From assembly GCF_021028975.2 (NCBI RefSeq), contig NC_059437.1, positions 22,630,001-22,694,000 on the forward strand: a stretch of 64,000 bases of DNA. Direction: 5' to 3'. The position numbers were made by a program, and so were the translations under genes. Below, in pieces: positions 42,955 to 55,823 of the stretch. Position 1 is the stretch's first letter. The number at the start of each line of letters is the position of its first letter. Under the pieces are notes generated by a model that made no database searches, was not told the origin of the DNA, and worked only from the letters and a program-made list of their open reading frames with translations. This stretch comes from Sphaerodactylus townsendi (Eukaryota).

Positions 42955-43232
42955 GAGCCAGTGTAGTGGTTAAGAACATGTGGACGCTAGTCTGGAGAAC
43001 TGGGTTTGATTCCCCATTCCTCCACATGAGCAGCAGACTCTTGTCTGGTGAACTGGATTTGTTTCCCCGCTCCTACATTCCTGCTGGGTGACCTTAGGTT
43101 AGTCACAGTGCTTCAGAAGTCTGTCAGCCCCACCTCCCTCACAAGGTATCAGTTGGGAGGAGATGAACGGAAAAGAGTTTCTAAGCCTCTATGAGTCTCC
43201 TTACAGGAGAGAAAAGGGTATAAATCCAAAAT
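42955..43232 (+). mobile_element. Full-length tRNA-derived squamate SINE
   Basis: Head gagccagtgtagtggttaag, B-box-like gggtttgattcccc, tail gagtctccttacaggagagaaaagggtataaatcc; the same tail occurs at 49141-49260 and inverted at ~3960-4180. Confidence 0.7.
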
Positions 43233-44719
43233 CTTTGTCTGGGGAGGGGGACAGCTTCTGTCCCCAGCCTGAAAACAGCATGAATGTTCAATCTTTCTGA
43301 GGGTTTTTTCCCCCTGAATGGTACAATATTTTAACATGGAATCTATAAATACTTTAATATTTAATAAGTATTTTACTATTTCCCAAGGCTTATTGATGAT
43401 TCCACCCTCTCTGCATCTGTTGTTGTTATTGTCCTGTTTTCTGCTGTAATATTTTATCTCACTTCTGGTTTTATCTCCTTGTTGCTTAAATCATTTTCTC
43501 TTTTATAGTGAGCTTCTTTCTCTTTGTACTGAGATGTGCTTTTATGACTTTGTTGTCAACTGCCTGGGGTATTTTTAATGAAGGCCTCAGGATATACCAT
43601 GTTTAAAAGGAATTCTCACAACTACCCTGTAAGGAAGGCTGATTTCCTTCCATCTTAAAGATGGTGGTAGACTGAGAGAGGCTACCTTAAAGCAACCTAC
43701 AAATTCATGACTGAAGTGAGATTTTAACTGGGGGTGGGGCAGTCTCTTAAATGATTATGGGCTCTAAGTTCCAACTCTGAACTACAGCAATTCATTTCTT
43801 AAATAAATGCAAACTGCACTTTGCTAGGGACACTGCCACATATTCTGACTTCATTATGTTTCATGAACTGGGACCCACCACAAGTTCTGACAATGTCCAA
43901 GGGTTTAAGCAAGGATTCCACTTCTCCTATTTGACATGATGCTGGATGAGCTTTTCATCTTTGGTGTAGGAAAAAAATCAAATGTCAATTTTACATTCAT
44001 AATGTATTTATTTACATTATTCATCATCGGCCTGTCTCACTGGGAGTCAAAGTGGATTTAACAGAGTACAATATGTAGAGTATCTGGCATTTTCACACTA
44101 TTTCAGTAACAGTTAAGAATATCCCTGTAAGGTAGGTCTATATTATAACTCCGTATGTAATTGCTGGCAGGCGGAGTCTTCTTTAAGCTACAGTACTATT
44201 AAACATCTATACAGAAGGGTTTGTGTCTCCCCAGAACCGCAACAATGCCCTTTCAGAAGTCACAGGATGGTGTGAAAGGGGAATTTACTTTTGCAAGCAG
44301 AATGTTCATAGGATCCAACCCAAATCATGATCACAATAATCCTTGCCATCTCCTTATAAGGCAGGTAGTACTGTTATCCCTATATTGGAGACAGGAGACT
44401 GTAGCAAGACACAAACAGATTTACTCAAAACAAATCAGTAAATTTGGGACAGAGATTTAAACCAGCAGCCTCAGGGATCGCAGCACCAAAGCCGGGTTTC
44501 TGAACCACTATGCTAAACCACCTCAATAGCTGAAATTAACAAGGAGTTTCTGAATCAGGGTTTATACTCTGTTCCTTTCCCACCCCAGTTCTCTCCGATC
44601 CAGGAAATGCAACCCTTGATTGATATGCCACATGTCACAGCTGCCTCCTTCCTAGGGAAACCATTCTGAAGGTGCTTTTTTTTTTGAAAAAGTTCTTGTT
44701 GTTATTTTATCTCTAGTCA

Positions 44720-45230
44720 AACAACCTGCTGCTCCCGCCGCGTGTCCCAAACCCGAAGACCGCTTTTTTCCCCAGGCTGCTTTTTTCCCAGAGCTGCAAA
44801 AGAAACCAAGATGGCCAAAACGAGACCCAAAGCTCACCTTTCCAGGTGCACCGTCATTCGGGGCGGCGGCGGATGCTGATCGGGGGCGGAGGCCGGCATC
44901 CCCCACCTGGAGGGGCTCTCGGGTGGGCGCCGTGAAACGCCGCGGGGCTGCGGGCTCCCCCTTGCAGGCGCTTGGCTTCCTTCCGCGTCTGGCGGCGGCT
45001 TCCAGCCGAGTTCCTCTGCGCCCAAGTTTGCCCTGGGTGCGTTTCCCGCACGTTGCAAGGGCGGCCGCGTGACCTTCGCTCTCCTTACAGCTCAAGGCGG
45101 ATCAAGCTGCTCTCTTGGACGGCTCGGGGCCCCAGGGGCGACCCCTCTGGCGGGGGTCCCGGCCGGGCGGCTGTCTTTGGCTCCCTGCCGGAAGAGTTAC
45201 AAACAACAAAACCTGAAAAACTCGCCTGGC
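44720..45230. promoter_or_regulatory. CpG island ~3.2 kb upstream of the SOWAHD ATG; probable promoter or first exon
   Basis: High GC and CpG content; strong minus-strand donor AAG|GTGAGC at ~44832-44840. Confidence 0.55.
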
Positions 45231-45434
45231 TGGACACTTTGCAAGGAGGCAGTAAGCCAGGGGCATCATCGCTTTAGGCAGCGTGGTGTAGTGGTTAGAG
45301 AGTTGGATTAGGAGCCGGTGGTAAAGCCAAGTTGGAATCTCAAGGTTGGCCTAGGATTGTGACTGGCACAAGGTCACGCAAGGGACTTGGGTTGAACATT
45401 TTACTTCAGTGATCATCTCTTGGTTGGTCTAAGG

Positions 45435-45766
45435 CAGTGTTTCCCAACTTTTTCAATGTCACGGTACCCTTGACCTCACTCTTCATATCTCACGGTACTC
45501 CTGCCATCCCCCCACCTTCCCCTCCCAGTGCCCCTGCTTGCCACCCCCCCTTCCCCTCCCAGGGTGAGGGGAAGCACTGGGGGGCAGGGGGCGGGAAGTG
45601 GCTGCTGACCTTGCGGCAGGCCCTGCCCCCTGGGCCAGCTCCATGTCCTTACTGGTGCTGGCGGGAGACACCACAAAAGTGAGGGGGCCAGTAGCATTGC
45701 TGCGGCACCCCTGGGACATGCTCACGGCACCCCAGGGTACCACGGAACCCTGGTTGGGAATCGCTG
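45435..45766. mobile_element. hAT (Charlie-like) non-autonomous element
   Basis: TIR cagtgtttcccaac / gttgggaatcgctg; 8-bp TSD gtctaagg / ttctaagg. Confidence 0.75.
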
Positions 45767-48700
45767 TTCTAAGGTATTACACTGTCTTTCAGACTGCCTT
45801 TTCAGAAGGAATGAGACCAGTCTACCCTTTACAGTTATTGTAAGGATTACTTATATAATTACTGAGAAGCACATTGAGAACTTAAGTTTTTTAAAAAAAT
45901 CTTAAGAACCTAGTATTGTTATTTACCATGTACATATTTCTGTGGTTGGTGATTCCAGAAGAACAGTCATTTTAGGGAGTGGCAGAAACGGAAGAGAAAT
46001 TAATGTGCGCGCTAAGAGGACTTTGAAGACAGCAAGTTGATGAAACTGGAAGTTACATCTCTCACTGTAATGAACAAACTGACCAGCCTTAGTATTGTGC
46101 CTCCTCACCCACCCACCCACCCACCCGACAACACACACACAATCAAAATGGGAGTAATGAAACAAACAAAAAAGCAGTCACAAGGAGGATGACAGAGATT
46201 GAATACGGGAAACGCTTTCAACGCTCAAACCTGCTAAAAACCAGTGTTACAAAATGCTATGGTTTCTGGTGGCCCAAGTTTTTGTCGCCATCTGCATGCA
46301 GTGCAGCACAGCTGACTGCATATGTAAGAAGGTTGCCAGCCTCCAGATGGTGTCTGGAGATCTCAGGAAATTACAACCCATCTCCCCCACAGAGATCAGT
46401 TCATTTGTAAGAAATGGCTGCTTTGGAAGGTGGGCTTTATAGCATTATACTCAGCTCCCCAAACCATACCCTCCTCAGGCTCCACCCACAAAATCTCCAA
46501 GTATTACCCAACCCAAAACTGGCAACCCTATTTCTAAGACAGCCTCTGCCTAGATCCCTTCTGGAGATTCCCTGAATCCATTTATGGACCAGATCTGCAT
46601 AGCAACAGGAAGGGGGGTATATTGTGAGTCCTGTTGGTTTTCTGCATTGCTGGGAAGCCAAGCATTTCCTAATAGCAGCACTGTCACTTTCTCACTAAAG
46701 GAGAACTACTTAGTCATTACTTGCACTTCCTGGTCTGCAAGGAGATAACAGTTTTTAACTGCCTTTGATGATGCCTGAGTCAGAACTGACGGTAGCCAGT
46801 CGTCCCTGGATCTTGCTCCTGTGGTGAACTCCTTCCTCACAGCTACCAACTGCTACAGGCGCTAGAGAGAGGGAGTGGCTCCTTTTTGTGCCCCCAGGAT
46901 TCAGTTCCAGTTTCCAGCTTCCAACTGCCATCGCTAAGGCCAGAGAGAGAAGAAGCCAACCACCCTTCTTTCAGGACTAGGCTCAGATGTCACTGAAAAT
47001 CTCTGGGAATTCCTGTTAAAGTCAAATGTTAGTTTTCTTTGGTCAATTTCCCACTGAAAATCAGATGTAGATTAATCCAAGTTTCAAAATAAACGGTACC
47101 TTTTCATCGCAGTTTCATCGTCCTCACTGCGTCATGTTTCAATTGAAGACATCTGGTTCTGCCTCGGAATCCAGAAAAGCGACAATCCCCACTACCTCGC
47201 GATTGGCTTGCCGGGACTATCCTGGGATTAATCACCGGTGAGGAAACCACCTTTGTCAGTTGAAAATTGCGGCAAACTGTGTTGAGAACCCCATTTTGAC
47301 TGAAAAGTGGGATAAACTTGATCACAAGTGAGTGAAACTGAGGGTCAGGAGAGTCCCAAGAGGAAGGAAAGACAGAGTTTAGGGTAGGTGATGCCATTTG
47401 TGCTGGTTTTAGTGAAAATCTCAATAGAAACAGGTACTGAGGATCCTTTTAAGATTCTGCTCAAGTTCATTCAGTTTGCAAAGTGGGCAGTTGCAGTGCT
47501 CTCTAGTGGTTAAGATCTAAGTTGCAGATAAATGCAAACAGATGAGAATAAGGATGGAAAGGATTTTGGCAACATCATAAAGGACAAGAAGAGACACTGA
47601 GTTCATCCCATGTATAACTTCTTCACCCCAAAATAGAATAGACCAGTAATAATATATGATATGCTAAAATTCTTTAAAAAACCGACCTCCCAGCCCAATA
47701 AAACAGCAATGTGTGTAAAAACAAACCAAACTAGACAGGAAAAGGAACAAGTGGCATATTTAAAATGCCTAAGCCCAACATAATAAAAGCATTTTCACCA
47801 GTCTTTGAGAAACAGAAGCAGAACAGGAATTGGTTCACATTTGAGGACCACTAATGTAAAAGGCTGGGAGTGAGGAATTATTTTATTTTATTCATTTATA
47901 TCCCATTTTTCTCCCCAAGGGCCCCCCAAAGTGACTTACATTCTCTTCTCCATCATTTTATCCACACAACAACCTTGTGAAGTAAATTAGACTGAGAGAA
48001 TGTGACTGACCCAAGGTCACCCAGTGAGTTTCCATGGCATGAATAGGAATTCAAACGTACCAGATTCTAATCGAACACTTTTAAGCACTGCAATGCCCTG
48101 CATCAGATCTTCAACTGCAGATCTCAATAGTATGTTCCATCTTAGGCAGCTGACAATTGCTCAGAGCATTGGGGTGACCACACCCCCATTCCCTCAAATG
48201 CTAGACGATATGTTAACCTTGATTCTGATCCTGGGTGGAACCATTTTCAACTGAACAGTTTTTGGTACACCAAAAAATATTTTGTATGTAGATTGCTAAC
48301 ACACTCAAAGAGTTCTCACCTGCCTACCTCACGGACATGTAGTTTTCTCTATGCATGGAGGTCCACAAATGGCTAGAGACTTTTTAAAAATGAACGCTAC
48401 TAATTCAGAGCTAGCACCTTAGGTCATTATAACTTCACTGTGCTATAGTGACTTAGCAATTACCAACATTTAAAAAAAGCCTTAAAAAGTCTTCTGGTTT
48501 TGGGATGCTGAGGCAAAGGAAGTGCAGTGTGAATACTCCATTGCTGCTTTGAATGCAGAGAAATTTGCAGTGTAACAGGAGCTATACAAAGAATTGTCTC
48601 CATGTGGAAGCTGCCCAGTTCCCAACAGCTACACTACAACAATCATACAATTGAAGCAGAAGGTTCAAGGAACTACTTATTACCTGCCTGCTGTATGTTT

Positions 48701-50502
48701 ACTATTAAGTGGCTGCTTCCACATGCAGGTTTTTCTCCACCATTGTTTCCAAACTGGGGGGCTTTTGGGGGGAGGAAGGAAGAATTGGCATGACATCATC
48801 ATCTAACTGACCTCTTTTTCAATTTCTCCCATCCTCACTATTCTCATTCCCAAACTTGCTTTTCTATGATCTTTTGAGGGAAAGCATAATCCAAGTACTT
48901 TCTACTACGTCATCTGGATGTGGAAGGTGTTTGTTTTCAAAGGTCCCAACCGCCTCAATTCAATTTTCCTGCCACCAGTGCTTTGTGGCTACCATTTACT
49001 ATATCCTAACTTCTGTAGTGTTCTAATGCTGAAGACCTATAACACATTAAAAACCTAGTAGTGTAGCAGGAAAAGCAGCAGCTGGATGGAGCTGAGGTAA
49101 GAAAGTATGCCAATGTGAAGAACACGTAGTGAGGTAGCTCTCAACCCCAGCTACCTCACAGGGTGTTTGTTGTGAGGGGGAAGGGAAAGGAATTTGTAAG
49201 CCCCTTTGAGTCACCTACAGGAGAGAAAGGGGGGATATAAATCCAACTCTTCTTCTTCTTAGAGGGAGTTGAATCTTGAGGGAAGATGACTAAATAAAAT
49301 AAGAATAAAGCTTGTAATAATTCACATTAGCAACATAGTAAGAAGGCATTTCTGAAAGGCAAAAATATTAACAATGATTGGAAAACAGATGGTCGTTGGA
49401 TGAGATGGTCATTTGATGCACATGTGCTATATGCATAGATGGTGGATAGATCCATTTTATTTGCTGTGCATGTTATTTCTAGATAATTGATTGGTTCTAA
49501 GAAGAAAGTAAAAGGTATGTGCATGGAAATGATGGGAGAACTATGGTACAGAAACACAAGAGACTGGAAATGTAATGTAATACAATATCTAACACAATAA
49601 GGCACTTCAACAGCAGTATGTTGCAAAAATTTGCTACAGTGTCAGTTCTACAAAATGAGAGAAAGTCAGTTAAAATAGCTAGGGATTAGACCAGTAAAAT
49701 GAAACACAAGTTTTCAAGCTTCTTCGTTTGTTTCAATGTAAACTTCTACTGTCCGTTTAGGAAAGATGCACATTAGAACTCATCCCAGAATAGGTGCATT
49801 TCCAAATATAGCCACAAGGGACAGAGTAGCTTCTCCTGAATCCTCCTAATCACATTTACCAAAGTCTCAGCAAATTCAGTGGGATTTGCATCTGACTAAA
49901 TATGCATTGGTTCAAACTGTAAAGCTCAGAGCAGCTTCCAATGTGATATTTCCTATCTGACTACTGAGCAGTGGCATGCTAAGACTCAAGTGAATTGTCC
50001 AGTCTGTGAATGGTGGCCTCCATGTGCGACTGGCAGCTTGAAGGCAGCATAAACAGTGACTACCATATCTCTGGCACCCATGAGACCCGGCCTATTTTTC
50101 AAAGGTTTCCATGATTCAGGGAGTCATGATTCTGCCCATGTGTGAGCAAACAAAATATGAGTGCTATAGGGCTGCTTTCATACCTAAGGTCCTCATGCCC
50201 TGCATTGTGCTCCCACCTGCTTTTTCAGTGGGGGCACCTCACTTTTGGAATGCTATTCCCTGTCAAGCTTGCCTAGGACCTACTTTAAATTCCTTTGTAA
50301 CCAGGCTTTTGAAATCTCTTCTAGTTGTTGTATGATCTGCTTTTAGTCCAAGGATTGTTTTATCCACATAACTTCACTATTTCCTTTATTTATAATTATA
50401 TTTCACCTTTGTGCCCAATCAGGACCATCAAAGTAGCTATTCTGTTCTGCTCAGTGTGTGTTTTATGCCCCAGCTCATTCTTTTAATCTGTTGTTTTAAT
50501 TG

Positions 50503-51664
50503 GAGTGTTGTGGAGTTTCCAGGCTGTATGGCAGTGTTCCAGTAGCATTTTCTCCTGACATTTTGCCTGCATCTGTGGCTGGCATCTTCAGAGGATCTGG
50601 TGGTAGTAAAGCAAGTGGAGTATATATACCTGTGGAATGTCCACGGTGGGAGAAAGAACCATTTGTGTGTCAGAACATGTGTAAATGTTTAGATGAGCAA
50701 AATCTAAATGACAGCTGGACCCTCCTTCAAACAGGTGCCATGTGCAGATTAGTACCGAGTGCACAGCATGTATCGTTTGCAAACCAGATAAGATGAGGGT
50801 ATCTGATTGGTACCACTATTGTATATAGTTAGCACAGACAGCAGAGTTATGTGTGCCTGAAAACACCTGTGGTCTGGCGAAGCACTTTGTTAGTAGATAG
50901 CAATAAATAGAACTGCACTGGTGACGGTGTGTCTGTCAGTTTTTGTCTACATTGCGTCCTACAAGGTGGTCTACTCCGAGTAAATCCGCTGCTTCAACAT
51001 TGCATTGGTTAATGTGTAAAGGGTGCAATTAACAAGTGTGATTTGCATGTGTTGAGTAGAATCCATATGTAAGTAACAAGGAAGTTGCCTAATCAGTTAG
51101 TGAAGGCATCTGCATAGTAGTTGCCCGGTATTTTAAATCCTTTGATTGCTTCCTGCCTGGAGACATCCTGGGTGGGGTTCACTAACCATTGTCTTGATTC
51201 TAGTGTTCTTAAGTACTGGTAGCCAAACTTTGTTCATTTTCATGATTTCTTCCTTTCTGTTGAAATTGTCCGTGTGCTTGTGGATTTCAATGGCTTCTCT
51301 GTGCAGTCTGATGTAGTGGTTGTTACAGTGGTCCAGAATTTCTGTGTTTTCAAATAACATTATGTGTCCAGCTTGGTTTATCACGTGTTCTGCTATTGCT
51401 GATTTTTCCCGCTGAATTAGTCTGCAATGCCTTTCATGTTCTTTGATTCGTGTCTGGTTGCTGTGTTTCATGGCCCCTATGTAGACTTGCCCACAGCTGC
51501 ATGGTATGCAGTAAACTTCTGCAGTGATTAGAGGATCCCTCTTATCCTTTGCTGAACATAGCATTTGTTGAATTTTCTTAGTGGATCTAATGGATTGTTT
51601 GGAGGTTATGTTTCTTCATCAGTTTCCCTATATGATCAGCGATTCCCTTGATGTATGGTAAGAA
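50503..51664 (-). mobile_element. Penelope-like retroelement, 5'-truncated (GIY-YIG domain plus 3' terminal repeat)
   Basis: ORF 51133-51564: VYCIPCSCGQVYIG...RIKEH...SAIAEH...REAIEI...NFNRKE. TSD tgttgttttaattg at 50489-50502 and 51665-51678. Confidence 0.9.
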
Positions 51665-53939
51665 TGTTGTTTTAATTGTTTTTTTTATTGTTTTGGCTTT
51701 TTCAGTGACTTGTTTAAATAGCTTTGTCTTGTGTTTCATTGCTGTGTTTTGTTTAATAAGTTTTGTTGTAACCTGCTTTGAGGATATCTCTGGAGAAGCA
51801 GCATGTCAATTTCCTAAATAAATAAAAACTCATGGAAAAAGGTTAATTTGGTTGTTTAAATCACTACGCGACAATCAAGGGGTACGATAGACAGGAGATG
51901 AGGAGTGAAGGTGACAGAACGTTATCTTCTTGTTTAAGACAACTCAGTGTGTTCATGCCCAGGTGAACTTGAATGAGACTCGAAGTCTTTTGCCCTACTC
52001 ACAGCCAAAGCCCTCAAAACACACAGGCAATCGGGGGGTTCCTTTTGTAATCTATTTTATTTGCAGATTGTTTATATAATATTTGGGGTGGCCAGAAACA
52101 TATCACAAACAATCATTCTAAATGCAATGCAATATCAATAGAAATAACTAGAAAAACTGACACAATAAAAATATGAAGCTAACTGCGCAACCCTCGCTCT
52201 CAGTCCAACCTACCTCACAGGGTTGTTGGGAGGATGAAGGGTAGACCCACTTGCACTGTTCTGTGTTCTCTGGAAGAAAGCAAGATTAAAAAGTAGCAGG
52301 TGGATCTTGCCCACAACTTTCCAACTTCCAGGTGGATCCTCCATACTAAATACATTTTGGGGTGGGAAGCTGAGTTTCCAGGTGGGGCCTGAAGATCTGC
52401 TGGAATTTCAACTGATCTCTAGACTACAGAGATCACTTCCCCTGGAGAGAATGACTGTTTAGGTGTCAAACTTGTGGCCCTCCAGATGTTATGGACTACA
52501 GTTCCCATCATCCCCTGCCAGCATCATGTTGGCAGGGGACGGTGGGAACTGTAGTCCATAACATCTGGAGGGCTGCGAGTTTGACACCTGTGGCTGTAAT
52601 CAATGACATTATACCCTGCTGAGGTCTCTCTCTTTCCCATTTATTGCCCTCCCCAGGATCCACCCCCCCCCCCAATCTCAAGGAATTCCTCATCCTGGAA
52701 TTGGTAAGCCTACCTAACAGGCATGTATGTACTGAGTGGATACCCAGCTAACATAAACTGCCCCAAGGACCTTAGTGAGCGAATGAATACAAATGCTCGC
52801 GGCCCAGCCCCATAAGGCTCAATTGCAGTACAGTTCCTTTGCCTGCAGTAGGTTCCAGGTTGAATTTCTGGCAGCTGCAGTGAACAGTATCAGCTAGCAG
52901 GTGAGGTGAAAAACTGGAGAGGATGCTGCCAATAAGATCTTGACCTTGTCAATGGTTAGATTCCGTAAGAGGTCATGTGTACTCAGCAGTAAATCTTACA
53001 CTGAGATGCCTTCTCAATTCACATAGTCCACAGCTCAGCCTCTGGAACTTGCACCACATCACAGGCTAAACTTTTGCTGGGGTGGCTGTTATCTCACTTA
53101 CCCAGCAGGAAAGGATACAATATTTCCTCAAGGCACAGCTGATGCCAAAACCTACCTTAGCCCACTTTTTATCTCTAAGGGGCCAACTGAGGTCAGCCCG
53201 CTGCCATTTTTATGTTGTATTGGGTCTCCCTAACAAGGCAGGGGAGCATCATGGGGAATCATGTCTTTTCTGGGTACCCAATTTTGTGCTGAAATCTCTT
53301 GTAATATGCAGAAGGTGTAGGCCGGGAAAGCAGGAGGATATAGGACTCCACTAGGCAAGTTCACATGCTTCCTAATAGGGGGTGGGGGAGGGTGTTCCTT
53401 CCAAAGCCCCTTAAATCCTGGAGCCACCTTTGATCTGGTGCCCCAGAAAGGTTGTGTGTGTTCTGCATGTTTATGCAAACTTCAGGCGGCTCCATTTCCC
53501 TCCGAGGGTGCATTTCCGAGGGAGGCTGAAATTCTGCACACACTTGCACAGATCTAAGCATCCTAGGACCAGTGCCGGATTTACCTATAGGCTTGGCAAG
53601 CTGAAGCCTGGGACCTCAAAATCTAGGGGTTCCTCTGGCCAAGGTGTGCAATATTTTTGACACTATCATAGGTCTTTCCTACAAATGCTGTCATAACGCA
53701 CTGTGAGCTCTAAATACCCCTTCAGTAGTGTCCCTTGTGCTCCATTTCAGAATAATACTGTCATAAGCAGATAACACGACACTAGCATTGATTTCTGTAT
53801 TGATGTTGTCCTTCCCGGACTTGCCTGAAGTGGATCCCATTATGTGACCCCCATTGTGTGGGCCCCATCTTCCTCTAATCCTAAAGGTGGAGGATTGGGA
53901 GGGGCCTCCCAAGTGGACTAGCCTGGGTCCCCTCTTCAT

Positions 53940-55100
53940 CGACATCCGGCCAAGTAGCCGACAGGCTGACCACTGAATTCCTGCCTAGGATGGGGAAGCA
54001 CTGGAGGAGGGCGGGTGGCGGGGAGGGGACAACGAGACAGAAGCCGCTTTAGCCGGGGAGGCTGCAAGGCCGGCGCCCCCCACCCCCCGCCAGCGGCGTC
54101 TTCGCCCCCTCCCTCCCTCCCTGCGTCCCTCCCGCCCGAGCCATTGCGAGCCACCCGGGCAAGCGCGCAGGCACCTCGCAGCGGCGCGGACTCGTCCCTG
54201 GCGCGGCTGGCCTGCACCATTCCGGACGGCCGGAGGGGGAGGAAGCGCCGGGCTCTGCAGCCGCCTGCGGGAACGGCCCGAGGGCGAGCGGGGCCGCGCG
54301 GGGGTCTCTGCAGCGCCCTGACCTGGGCAACCCCACCGGGGCCGTGCCGGGCTCCGGGCTGCAGCCAGCGGCCGGGGGGCGGCTGCGTCCCCGCCCGGTG
54401 CCTCCCCCTCGCCAGTGCCGCAGTGGCCGGGTCTTCCCCGCCCGGGTAACTGAGCCTCCCCGGCAGAGGCGGAGGGCGAGTGTGCGGCTCGCTCGGCTCC
54501 TGGCGGTGGCGGAGGGGCCATGGCGGCCACCGAGATCGCGCGCCAGGTGGTGAGTGCGGGGCTGACGGGCGGGCGGGCGCGCACCGCACCGGAGTGGGCC
54601 TGCCTGGCCGGGCTGAGCGCAACCTCCGAGCCGGGGCAGCCGGGCGTGCGTCTGCCCGCCCGCCCGGGTGCTTTGCCAGAGAGGGAGGATGCCGGCTGCG
54701 CCGCGGGCGAGGCAGAGGCAGCTGCCGGGATGGGTGGAGGGATGCCCGCATGGCTTCTCCGGGGCAGAGCATGGCGGGCTTCGGACGGGGCGATCTTGGC
54801 TGCCCGATTTGGAAGGGCGAGAGCCGTGGGGGGATGGGGGTGGGGGGGTTAGGCAAAGGGGCGGCCGGCGGAGAGCAGGCGGCCTGCTTTGGAGGTGCCT
54901 TTCTCGGGGCGGGGGGTGGGGGCGGGGAGGAAGCAGTTCGCTTCTTTTCCAGGTGGGCTGGAGGGGCCCTTTCCCGACCCAGCAGGGAGAGCGCTTGGTT
55001 CGGGTCGACCCGAGAAGGGCTGTCTGGCTGTCTGGGGGGAAAGGGGAGGAGAGAGGATGCTGGATTGAATGGGGGCAGGAGATGCTTTGCGGGCGACTCT
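53940..55100 (+). promoter_or_regulatory. SEPTIN6 CpG-island promoter
   Basis: Very GC/CpG-rich with multiple GC boxes; surrounds SEPTIN6 exon 1. Confidence 0.8.
54520..54549 (+). CDS. SEPTIN6: Septin 6, first coding exon (MAATEIARQV); intron 1 appears to run past the end of the window
   Basis: gccATGGCGGCCACCGAGATCGCGCGCCAGGTG|gtgagt matches recalled human MAATDIARQV; strong Kozak context; syntenic position. Confidence 0.9.
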
Positions 55101-55780
55101 TTCCAAAAGGGAGATGATGGGCCTCAATGTGGAGGGCAGCAATAAGGGAGATGCAACTTTTTTTTTTGGTACAAACGTAAGATGCAACGGATGGTTTGTG
55201 GGAAACCCTTAGTTCGCGTTAGGATGGCCTTAATTGTGTTGAACAGGAATCGCGAAACGTAGCATCCAGGGGGAGGGCGGCGCTTTGCACAATTGCCTTG
55301 GACAGGCGATGAACCAAAGCAGGCACCTCTACAAAGTGCTTTGGGTCGGTTTGGAAATCCTACCCAGGCAGATGGATCTCCATTGTGTTCAGTGCCTGTG
55401 CTTCTCTCTCTAGATGCTTGCACGGTGGCTTCCTTTACTCGGGTGTAACATGAGCCCACCGAGGCATTTCCCAATCTGACAGGCATGCACGAAAGGGGGA
55501 TTTTTCAAAACCGGAGGGGTGGAAGCTTTTGTTTCCGCACAGGCTCCAAAAGGTCCGGCGCTCACCTGCTCCGTGTCACGTGTGTCTTTCTCTGCTACAA
55601 TGAAAGAAAGCTACCCAGGCACTTCAGAGGCGAGAGATGGAGCCTTTCCTTTGTGCTCAAAATGAATGGGGAAACCTTGCCGCTCACCAGCGCTTGAGCT
55701 CATTTGAGGTTTCCCATTCCTTTTGATGAGAAGGATCTCCAAGATTGCTGACCTGCCTTGGAGAAGAGTACTGAGTAGCA

Positions 55781-55782
<2 letters not shown>

Positions 55783-55821
<39 letters not shown>
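55783..55821. repeat. (TG)n microsatellite
   Basis: About 19 uninterrupted TG units. Confidence 0.95.

Positions 55822-55823
<2 letters not shown>

Noticed and set aside
44652-45311. Several ORFs in the detached CpG island
   Set aside because: Low-complexity, GC-driven ORFs, mostly with non-ATG starts and no recognisable domain.
53936-55187. Long overlapping ORFs (up to 306 aa) around SEPTIN6 exon 1
   Set aside because: Pro/Arg/Gly/Ala-rich products of a stop-poor CpG island; only the 30-nt MAATEIARQV exon is supported.
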